Both the position numbers and the translations under genes were made by a program. Positions 1 through 10,363 of a DNA stretch of 64,000 bases are shown piece after piece (position 1 is the first letter of the stretch; every line of letters starts with the position of its first letter). The notes below the pieces were generated by a model. The model ran no database searches, was not told the DNA's origin, and worked only from the letters and a program-made list of their open reading frames with translations. This stretch comes from Batkoa obscura (taxonomy: Eukaryota): assembly GCA_030770535.1 (NCBI GenBank), contig JASVEC010000012.1:806001-870000 (forward strand), written 5' to 3'.

Positions 1-175
1 GTAGAGTTTTAGAAAAGTTTAAACTTTATACAATAACATTATAGCACTATTTATGCATTGATTTAAAAATAAAAGTACAGTGTTGCAATAAAATCAGACT
101 TTTCACAATGTAAAATATCCAGAATTCTAAAAAGCTGCGAATAAATTAAAATTATTGTCATGAAATTTGATGAAT

Positions 176-265
176 TCGGGGAGATAGAGAAATAGACTAA
201 TTAAGTAATTGTAAAAAGCAGACCTAAATCAAAACAAAATTTAAGAAATGAAGACAGTATAAATA
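176..265 (+). promoter_or_regulatory. Conserved promoter block of the orphan family (TCGGGGAGATA motif and GAAATGAAGACAGTATAAATA TATA region)
   Basis: The same elements occur in the same order upstream of paralog 2 (2140..2207). Confidence 0.6.
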
Positions 266-319
266 GACAGCAAGATTAAAACAAACAAAATAAAAATAAC
301 AAACATTCAAATATATACT

Positions 320-988
320 ATGTCATTAAGATCCTTAGAAATGAAATTCAGAAAAAACAAAATATATAAAGAAGAGAATTTTGGCGACTCACTTTCTACT
401 TTAATTCCTTATTCTAACTGGTGTACTGATGGTGATATTGCCTATGAGATTACTGAAAAAAAATTAACAGCCTTGAATTACTTATTAATTAAAAGAGTGT
501 GTGGAGGAGACATTAAGAATTTAAAGTTCAAGGGTAAGGATTATTTACATTCTAAACTTACAATGGAAAATAAGGAACAATTAGTCTCATTGATTGAATC
601 ATCCTCAAACCAAAAGTTACTAAAGTGGAGTATTAAATTAGATAGTAACAATAACTCAGAAAAAGTAAACTATCAAAATATCAAGCTTGAAACAAAGAAC
701 GGTAAACTATTTGGATTGAATTATCTACATGTTGGTAGTCAGGAATCATATATCATAAATTATAGTAACTCAGGTAAGTCATGGGAAATCATAAAAAGGG
801 ATATAGACCAGGAAGGATTAAAGTTTGAATTAGATTCACTCCAGCTTAAAGTTTGTAAATTCCATTTCCAAATGAGCCAAATGAAATTACCAGAGCCCAT
901 ATTGTTAATTGTACTTAGTCATATCATTAATTATCAAAGTCAAATTAGAAATCATTTTACAAGTCCAAAGTTGAATATTTCATTTTAG
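320..988 (+). CDS. Orphan family member 1 (222 aa, intronless, no signal peptide); possibly Tubby-C/LURP-one/scramblase-like fold
   Basis: Intact ATG-TAG ORF. Clear paralogy to 2270..2938, 4196..4873 and 24873..25550 (TLIPxSxW, YEITEK, LKFK, KWSIKL, LETKxGK, PEPILLIVLxHII). TATA box upstream, AATAAA downstream. The fold is inference only. Confidence 0.85.
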   Translation: MSLRSLEMKFRKNKIYKEENFGDSLSTLIPYSNWCTDGDIAYEITEKKLTALNYLLIKRVCGGDIKNLKFKGKDYLHSKLTMENKEQLVSLIESSSNQKLLKWSIKLDSNNNSEKVNYQNIKLETKNGKLFGLNYLHVGSQESYIINYSNSGKSWEIIKRDIDQEGLKFELDSLQLKVCKFHFQMSQMKLPEPILLIVLSHIINYQSQIRNHFTSPKLNISF

Positions 989-2139
989 GCTTATAAGCAT
1001 CTATTTCCTATATCTTCTCTGTAACAGACTTATAAACCTATATCACCCATGCTTTCTACAATTTATGTTAATTATTGTTTTTTAAATAAACTCTATAAAA
1101 TATAAATTTTACTTTTTTAAAATTTCAAAGTTTACTATATCAAAAAGGATAAATATCACTTTATTAAGATAAAAGCGAGCTCAAAACAAGTTAGCTTTGC
1201 TTCTAACTTTATGATTTATAATATTAAAACTAAGGTGTTTAATGAATCAAGTGAACATTGTTCTTTGGATCACTTTTAAATAATTTAGGTTTCATTGTAG
1301 TTAGCTTAAGTGAATTATGACCTTTTAATTGCTTATTTGAGAGAAGATATTTAACTAAAGCTAAGTTAAAACCTAAGGATCAGGCTTTAAAAGAATTTTT
1401 CAAACAAGTTACTTGATTATAAGACTATTGGTAAATACATTGCCAATTTTCTTATATTAGTTGTATTTGTATTTTTCAATTTCAATTCAAGTTTATTTTT
1501 ATAAAATGTTATATTTTTGCATTAAGTTACTGAAACATATTATTTAAATAAATGAGATTCTTCAATTGTTATCTACAATAATTAATATGCTATAATAAAA
1601 TAATATTCAGTCGTCTATGTTTTTGATGTACTTGATTAATAATAGGACATAGTATTTATTATTTTACATTTAATTTTATATACAATTAATTAAAAGCGAA
1701 TTTATTAGCCATTTACCAATTTTAGTAGTTTATTTATCTCCCCGATCAAATTTTTTTGTAAGCTAACCAAAATTAATGACTTAAAGTCAAACTGGGGATA
1801 TTTTAAAAACTAGCTCTATAAAGATTAAGTGGATATTAAAATGTGACTTATGTCTAATTAAATAATTTGCTGCGAATAAAGGATTTTTAACATTGTATTA
1901 TAAATTGTTAACTGTATCATAATGAAAATATAGTACTTTAATATTATCTTTAAGTTTACAATGGTCTTTAAGGAACTTCAATGAAACTTTAAAGGAATTG
2001 GGGTTTATGCAATAATATTGTTAAACTATTATATTCTATTAATTCTAAAAAACTTTAATTCATCAAAGCATGTTAATAGGCAGAATTTTAGAAAACTGCG
2101 TATTGATTTTAATTATTCTTTTTTCATTGATGAAATAGT

Positions 2140-2207
2140 TCGGGGAGATAGAAAAATGGACTTATTTAGTAATTATAAAGAAGTGAGAAATGAAGACAGT
2201 ATAAATA
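2140..2207 (+). promoter_or_regulatory. Conserved promoter block of the orphan family (copy 2)
   Basis: TCGGGGAGATA at 2140..2150 and GAAATGAAGACAGTATAAATA, matching 176..265. Confidence 0.6.
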
Positions 2208-2269
2208 AGCAACCAAATTAAAAATTAAAAATAAAAAAATAAAAAATAACAATTATTTGAATATATAAC

Positions 2270-2938
2270 ATGATATTAGAGTCATTGATAAAAAAATTTC
2301 AAAAACATAAAGTGCACAAAGAGGAAGCATTCGCTGCATCATTTTCTACCTTAATCCCTTACTCTAATTGGTGTGGTGAGCGTGACATTGTCTATGAGAT
2401 TACTGAAAAGAGCTTGACGGCCTTGAATTATTTGTTAATTAAAAAAAGCTGTGATGGCATCATTGAGAGCTTGAAATTCAAGAGCAAGAACTATTTAAAT
2501 TCTAAGCTCACAACAGAAAATAAGGAGCAATTAGCCTCATTGAGTGAATCATCGTTAAGTCAAAAACTTATAAAATGGAGTATTAAGTTATATGATAAGA
2601 GTAGCACAGAAAAGTTACAGTATCAAAGTATTAAATTAGAAACAAAAGATGGGAAGTTGTTTGGGCTGAATTATCTATATAATGGAATTCAACAGTCTTA
2701 TGTGATAAATCATAACAATTCAAGTAAATCGTGGGAAATCGTGGGAAATAATGATGATCAGGAAACATTAAAATTTGAATTAAACTCAATCCAGTTTAAA
2801 GTTTGCAAATTCCATTTCCAAACGAGTCAGATAAAGGTACCGGAACCTATATTGCTAATCGTGCTTGGTCATATCATTAGTTATCAAAACCAAATTATAG
2901 GCCATTTTGCACACTCAATAGTAACCATTTCAATTTAA
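2270..2938 (+). CDS. Orphan family member 2 (222 aa, intronless)
   Basis: Colinear, same-length paralog of 320..988, with shared promoter and 3' flank similarity. Confidence 0.85.
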   Translation: MILESLIKKFQKHKVHKEEAFAASFSTLIPYSNWCGERDIVYEITEKSLTALNYLLIKKSCDGIIESLKFKSKNYLNSKLTTENKEQLASLSESSLSQKLIKWSIKLYDKSSTEKLQYQSIKLETKDGKLFGLNYLYNGIQQSYVINHNNSSKSWEIVGNNDDQETLKFELNSIQFKVCKFHFQTSQIKVPEPILLIVLGHIISYQNQIIGHFAHSIVTISI

Positions 2939-4195
2939 ACTAAGTGGCTTGTATTTTTCATACCTTCTCTATAGTATTCTCATAAGTTCATTTTACTCAC
3001 ATCTTTTCTGCGATCTAATTTAACATTATTTTTAAATAAATTTTATAAAGATACCACTATTTGGCATTTTATTATTTTCTTAAAAAATTCTTTAATTTGG
3101 AACAATAGGTATATTTAATGAATATATAATAGAAATAAAAAAAGAATACTCAAGGTATACTAATGTTTTTAATACTAAATAAGCTATTTAATAAATGAAA
3201 AGAACGTTATTAAATTATCCAAAATTTAAAAATATTGTTTTATTTTATGTATTTTATAATCAACAACTTGATCTATTTTAAGCTTTCACATGATTTAACT
3301 TTATATACTAAACGATTGAAACCACTCCTTAGTTACATAGTTTATTTTTTAGGAAACCTTGAAGGGGCTAGAGGGAGCCAGAGGCTACCAGGTGTTTTAT
3401 TGTTGGGGGGAAAGTTTTATAAATTATTGAGTGATCGATAAGGATGCAGGCGGAAAGGAGGGGAAATGAAGAGGAAAGAAATTATGTAATTGTGGAGAAA
3501 AACTCTAACTCAACTTGACCAGCTTTGGGGTTGAATGAGTTATACTTAAGAACTGTAAACTCCAATTACATAATGTTTTTATTTGAAAATTATGAGATTT
3601 CTATAGCATCATAGTTATACCATTTTAAATAACCAATCTAAATTACTTAAGATTTTTTATCAAGTAAACATCTAATTAACCCTAACATTCTAACACATTA
3701 ACTCTTATACCACTTTGATTTTATTGAGAGATCTGTTAATATCATTTATGAAAAAGAAATAAAAATATATTGTGCAAGTTCAAATAAACGCGAGAAATAT
3801 GCTACTTCCAAAGAACTCATTGTAATAAAATTATCTATAATTAACTATTACTTTTTCATTTATTATAACACGCAGTAGTACTTAAACTTTTGAAACAAAA
3901 TAAAACACTATTTTTTATATATTAATAATCCATTATAAGCCAATACAAAAAAAATTATTGTAATTCTTTAAAATCATTATAACTGCGTAAACCAGGCTAT
4001 CCTCTAGACTTAACAGACTTTTTCAACTTTTTAAAATAAGCCGAGGAGAATTGAATGCTACTCCCAAAAAAGTCTAAAGGCTTTTCATTTACCCGAAGAT
4101 ATTAAGTTTTGAAAATTGCGAAGTCAATACATCAACACTATAAAAAGATAAATAAATATAGCCAATAGTTATCAAAATAAAATTCAATATTGATA

Positions 4196-4873
4196 ATGAT
4201 ATTACATACTATAATGACTAAATTCCAATCCAAGAAAGTGTATCAAGATAAATGTTTTAATAACTCAATAGATACCTTGATCCCCATTTCTGATTGGAAC
4301 TCAATGAATGAAATTGAGTATGAGATAACTGAAAAACAGATTGGTAATACGGATTATTTGAAAATAAAGAGACAGAGTCAAGATGTTTCCAGTAATCTGA
4401 AATTTAAGAGTAAAGGGTATGGACACTCTTATCTTACTACTGAAAGTAAGCAAAGATTGGTGAGTATTTCTGAGAGTGGTACCTCTACTAAAAAAGTATT
4501 GAAATGGAAAATTAAGTTGGAAGAGGAGGCTCAAAGTGAAAAATTAAAATTTCAAAATATAGCGCTTGAAACTAGGGATGGTAAAGAGTATTTGATAGCT
4601 TATAACTCAAGTGATGAGACTAAAAAGCTAAAGCTCAATATAGATAATAATTTAATAGAGTGGAAGTTGAAGTCTTTAGATAATGAGAATCAAACGGTGT
4701 TAAATTTTAAGTTTCCTGTAATGAGTTTGAGAAAAAGGGTTCAATTTAAAGTTGAAAGGAAACAGATTGAAATTTCAGAACTTGTGTTGTTGCTGATCAT
4801 CATCCATCTATTGAGCCATAAGTCAAATATCGAAGCCTTTTTTAACTCATCTTCCATCAAGATGGCTTTTTAA
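4196..4873 (+). CDS. Orphan family member 3 (225 aa, intronless)
   Basis: ATG at 4196 (MILHTIMTKF) aligns with the starts of the other members; the ORF-track start at 4190 is TTG. Shares the family motifs. Confidence 0.85.
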   Translation: MILHTIMTKFQSKKVYQDKCFNNSIDTLIPISDWNSMNEIEYEITEKQIGNTDYLKIKRQSQDVSSNLKFKSKGYGHSYLTTESKQRLVSISESGTSTKKVLKWKIKLEEEAQSEKLKFQNIALETRDGKEYLIAYNSSDETKKLKLNIDNNLIEWKLKSLDNENQTVLNFKFPVMSLRKRVQFKVERKQIEISELVLLLIIIHLLSHKSNIEAFFNSSSIKMAF

Positions 4874-5044
4874 TTAATCTTTGACTGTAATCTTCTCCCT
4901 TTAATTTAATAATCGATCAAATTTTGTTTTTTTAATAAAATTTATAAAAATAGAGGTTTCCGTTAATGTTTTGTAATTTTATAAATCTTCAATGTTGACT
5001 TGATATGATGTTTTATTTGAAATGGAACTTATTTAGATACATTA

Positions 5045-5147
5045 TATGGGAGTGTTTTTTTGGCTTCATCACTTTTTCTATCTTTTAAGCACTATTTGAG
5101 CGGAAAAATTGTTAGTAAATTTTTAAATACAAAAATACAACCCCATA
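5045..5147 (+). mobile_element. ~104-bp MITE, copy 1
   Basis: TATGGGAGTG...ACAACCCCATA imperfect terminal inverted repeats; internal sequence shared with 11 other copies in the window. Confidence 0.85.
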
Positions 5148-5317
5148 TAATCAAAATTATTAAGAAATTTAGCATTAAGTAATGGCCTATAAATAAGGAT
5201 AAGATATAAATAAAAGTAAATGAATTAGCAATCAAACATCTATAAAAGTGTATATATAAGAAAAATTTAGGGTCATTTTAGATAATTAACACTCGATGCT
5301 ATATACCTAGACCGATC

Positions 5318-5436
5318 CTTGAGAGAACTAAAGATAAGGTTAAAGAAGTAGTTGGGTCAGTTATTGGTAATGAACAAATGTAAGTTGAAGGTAAAGCTTT
5401 CGTTAAACAAACACTACAAAAAGTTCTCTCTAATTA
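5318..5436 (+). pseudogene. CsbD/Hmp1-like small stress protein remnant
   Basis: Translates LERTKDKVKEVVGSVIGNEQM*VEGKA, matching the CsbD-type pattern KGKVKEAVGxxxGNEQxQAEGKA. In-frame TAA at 5381..5383 where Gln is expected, and no in-frame ATG upstream. Confidence 0.55.
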
Positions 5437-5666
5437 AATTTTAATTGGAACTTCTAGAAAGATGCTAAAAAACAAAATATGTCAAAAATGTGATAAATTT
5501 AAAAACAAAGTGCCAATATCAAAAGTAACACACGCTATTTAAAATAAAACTTTATAGCATACAATTTGTATGAATATAAAATTATTTGAATCTTTAATTC
5601 AGTTTTATTCTAATGCGTAAAAAAATGTGGTTGTTTATATTTTGTTATAAGAATTAATCAATAAAA

Positions 5667-6558
5667 TCATAACTTTGATTCACTGTAGTAAGTTAGTTGA
5701 GATGTAATATAACCAATATCTTTCATAATAATATGTGAGTTCAACGTGAATCTTAAGCAAGATACATTTCTTGGTGTAACTGGAGCAACAAAGCATGAAG
5801 TAAAAATATTCCTCTCTAATAGATATTTGTTCATTTTTATAAGCAATGAATAATTATCCCCTGCTATGATCCCTGCTCTTCTACAAAAGGCTTTTGCTAA
5901 ACTAGCGGTAACAATATTAATTTCTTTATAATCAAACATTGTATAATGGCCGCTACCTTTATGCCTATATAGACCTAATGAATGACATTCATTAATTACT
6001 AACAAGCAGCTATACTTCTTTCTGATATCTATCATCTTGTCAAGAGATGCAAAATATCTAGTTATGCTATATAAGCTCTCAACAATAATGATACCTTAAT
6101 TATGCTTTTTAACTAATCTTTCCAAATCATCAATATCATTATGCTTAAATTTATATGCTTTTGGATTCCTAAAACCAATACCATCTCTAAAAGACTCATG
6201 TAGAAATCCATCTATACACGTTAGTTTCACTGTTACATAAACATAGGATAAGAGGAGTGTTGGCTTCATACACTGATTGAGTGATCATATCTGCTTCTTT
6301 ATCCATGTATTCTGCTAACTGCTTCTGGAACAAACCTTGTGGACCATCATCGGATATAAAAATATCTGACATAACTACTTCAGAGTCATAGCTAGTCATA
6401 GGTACAGCTTTTGTGATACACAAATAATCGTTATTACCAACATTGACACTATCTTTATTAAATGGCGGCCTTATTAAAATGTCCTTTATCACTCCATTGC
6501 TTTGAGATATTCTAGTCTCAAAGTACTTTTTAAACTTTACAATACATTGCTGTTCCAT
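5667..6558 (-). pseudogene. Alpha-oxoamine synthase (PLP class II) pseudogene most like the CqsA/LqsA quorum-sensing autoinducer synthases
   Basis: Joining the two ORFs across a frameshift (~6213) and a TAA (6096..6098) gives NNDYL..MSDIF..FQKQLAEY..TQSVYEAN..NVY(I)DGFLHES..FKHNDIDDLERLVKKHN*GIIIVESLYS..LVINECHSLG..TASLAKAFCRRAGII..YLLERNIFTSCFVAPVTPRN..RFTLNS. It is intronless and has an apparent internal deletion after RAGIIAG. Confidence 0.85.
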
Positions 6559-8787
6559 TAAATTGGGTCTATTATTTGAAGTTTATATGGTATTTTTTTC
6601 TCCTTTAATTAAAGTAGGTCTATAATTAGGTCTGTTATTGACTCTGGTAAAGTTATCTTGGTTTTTGGATTTTTTAATAGTCTTATATTGACTTATGTTA
6701 GAATTTATAATAGTCAAATAAATTACTTAAGTTTTCTTTAATAAAGAATGCTATACTTAATGATAGTTTATGGAGACTTGAAAAATGGTAAAAATCAAGT
6801 TATTCATACCATCGAAATTAAGAGATTTAAATACAGCTTCTGGATTTGGGACAAGTTGCCAGTTGCATATAATATGTATGATATGGGTTTCTGGGTACAT
6901 GCTTTGTAATCATAATCGTTTTTAACAAGGTTATTATTATAATAGTTTAAATAGAAGCTTCTGAATTTATGCTAAATCGCCAATTACATGTAAAGTTAAT
7001 AGTGAATAGCTCCCAGTTATGCTTATGTAAACATCTTTATTTTTGATAAGTTTTTATTATTATACTTTAGATATTATCCTCAGTTTCATGTACTTTCTTA
7101 AAGTAACGGTTCCAAATTCTCAAACAGCTTTTACGGGATGGAGGGGGATCTACTAAAAAAATAAAAAATATTATATCTATTATAAAAGTTTATATCTATA
7201 CCTTTGACTCTTTATTCAATTGCTAATTCTATTAAGCTACATTGCGTGTAAAAAAAAATTCAGGGGTTTAATAAGTTAACTTTATAATGTACCCAAAGCA
7301 AAATCTTACAATTTTTTCTGAATTGGATTCTTTTCTTAATTAGTTATGTAACCTATGTTTAAAATGATTACTTTAGTTAATTTATTTGCTTAAAAAGTAA
7401 ATATTTTTGTGTACTTTTAAACTAGACGTATTTTTTTAACTTATTTTTCTTATAAAATTAAACTTAGATTATCAGCCTCAACTTTTAATTAAGCTTCTAA
7501 AAAATTTGAGTTGATTTGAAAAGATTAATATAAAATTATAGATTTTTTTTGGGATTAACTTATTAAATTATTTATTTGTTTAAATATAAAAATATAAAAA
7601 TATAAAAATTGTTTATAAATTGTATCTTTTAAGATATTTTATTTTTAATTTCAACTTTAAAATTTTATTTATAATGTCAAATTTTACTTTAAATTTATTT
7701 TAAATTAAACAACTTTTTTATTGATTCCACATCCAATAAGATCATATGGTTTATTTAAGAAAGTAAATTATAAAGAATGAAAAGGAATAGAAGGTAAGAT
7801 GTTAGAAGAATTTGGGAATACTGAGGACTTTAAACGCTTTGAACCAGTTCAATGCTAGGAGCTTTAAGTGCTTTAGTGTTAGGTTTGGTGCAATGGAAAA
7901 GGTACTCAAATTCCTTATAGAGGAGTTCTTGTCATTCGGACAGCAGGATTTCACAAGGAGGAAACACTAAGATTGATTTACGGTAGAGACTATGAAAGTT
8001 TCTGAGGATTACCCACACAGTGATTAAAAAAATCAAAAAAATTATTTTACAAAATTTGTACAAAATTTAAGTGTGTGCAAAATTTTCGAGTCTAACATTT
8101 GATGATTTTGATGTTATCATAAATATTAATAAATTACGGTTTTTTATATAGCTTCTTACTTGATGGTCAAGGTTTTATAATTTATAATATGAATCACAAA
8201 TATACTTATATTAGTTTTATTTCTTTTTTTAAAAATACATTTAATTAGTTAGTATTACCTTATATAAATCAACATCAGGCTTTAATTTTAATAATACAGT
8301 GCTTTTAAAAACTTTCCCAAAGTTTGAAGTGGTCAACTTTGAATATTAATTTCTTACTAACTAGTATTTAAAAATAAGCTTTTTTTATAATTATCTTCGA
8401 TTTTCTCATATTAATACTTATATAAAGTGTTACTTTTATAAATTTTATATTAAATGAAATGACATTTTATCTCAAAGTTTAAAAGTAGGACAGTTTTTGA
8501 GAGGTATAACTAAAAATCATAAAAATTTAAATAGCTCTTTACTTTCATTAATAACAACTTATATAGCTTTTAACATATAATTAAAAGATACGTGATATGC
8601 TCCATGGCAAACTTCAGCTCAAATATGTCTATATTATATGACCATGTAATTTATTAATCATAAGTTATTTAATATTTTTAATGCTTTTTAAAACATAAGT
8701 AGTATAGTATAAATGCATTTTGTATAAAGTAGTAATAATAGTAAATAGTATAAAAAGGAATCGATATACCAATTAATCAATATAAAA

Positions 8788-10304
8788 ATGGATAAAAACA
8801 CAGATTTATTTTCTGAGAAATCACTTTATTCCTTTTCAACATTAGATAAGTCAAGTAATGTATTTAATGAATTATCTTCTCAGCTTACATTAACTACAAA
8901 CTACAAAACCCCTTTATCTTATAACGCAAAAGTAATTTTATTTTTTTTATTTTTTTATTTTTTTATTTTTTATACTTTAACTCATTTTTATAGCAATTAC
9001 CACCTTCTGATAGTAAAGTTAATATTCGATATCATCCAGAAGATAGTCACCGCTTTCCAATTGATCCAGAAGATTTCACTCGTTATGGTTGTATTAAGAA
9101 TTGTAATATTAATTATTTAATAATGATAAAGATTATTAATATATTTTAAGATATTATAAAGAATCATATGGGTGATATTCATCTTGGTATTAAAGAATCT
9201 AATCAATTAAAGATAAAAGTAAATACAAAATATCTTTTATTTTAATTATTAATACTTTTTAATAGATGAAATCAAATATTAATTACTATCATATTAAATA
9301 TGAAATTGATGTATTAAATATGTTAAATTATAATAGTAATTTTATTTATAATTAAAATTATAGTATTTCATATTATTAGGTCTTATTGGGAATGAACTTT
9401 TATTTCCAACAAAATTAGTTCTTGTTGAAGATGAATTTAAGACAATTACTCTTGAACTATTACAATTAATAATCAATTGTTCACTTAAAATTATAACTGA
9501 ACAGGTTGAAATCAAAATACGATTATTTAATTTACCTAATTTAGAATTGTATTTTATTATTTATTTTTTAATAAAAGTTTTACTTATTAATTTAGATTTA
9601 CACCAAGTACAATTAAAAAAGAACATTGTAATTATTTTAATAAACAAAATGAACCATTTATAATTTTAAATGGAATTATTAATAGTATCTGGGAAAAAAG
9701 ATATAAAATGTAATTAATAATTAATAATTAATGATTAATAATAATACAATAAAATATTAATATAATATTTAGAATCACTAAAAAATATAATTGTCAAAAT
9801 AGTTTATGTCGAGATAAAAATTATTTGACTTCAAGTAAGTTAAATATGAAATATAAAGTTATTAAAAGAACGGAAGCTAATTATTATTCTCCAGTAACTA
9901 CAAAGTAAATAAATTTAGTTAATTTAATTTAATGTTTTATTAATAATTATTATTTAAACAGTATTGAATTACATAAATTAGATTTATTATGTTCAAGTTG
10001 TTTAAAAAAAATGCAAGAAATTGTAGAAGATAGATTATATAAAGGTAATATAATATTTTATCTAAATTACTGTTTTTATAGTTATTAGAAATTCAATGGA
10101 TATTAATAACAGAAAAAGGCAATGATATTTGTAGTGTTATGTTACGTTGTACCCTTTTATTACTTGAAAGTAAATAAATTAAATAAGTTAAATAAAGTAA
10201 TTAAAAATAAGTAGATGATTTAGTAAATAAATTTAATATTGGCCAAGAAATTCAATTTTTATGTAAGCCAACATATTTATTTAATTTAAAAGGTAAAATA
10301 GAAT

Positions 10305-10363
<59 letters not shown>

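Noticed and set aside
6748..6909. 53-codon ORF next to the CqsA-like pseudogene as a partner gene (e.g. sensor kinase)
   Set aside because: It has no similarity to CqsS/LqsS or any motif I recognise and is too short to support.
8015..8045. CACAGTG followed by an A-rich tract, resembling an RSS/Transib end
   Set aside because: No matching inverted partner or transposase was found, and the nonamer match is poor.
8932..9120. Hydrophobic C-terminal half of the 110-aa ORFs (also 23566..23754) as a membrane protein
   Set aside because: It is read-through into a T-rich intron and an out-of-frame exon of the MCMDC2-like gene.
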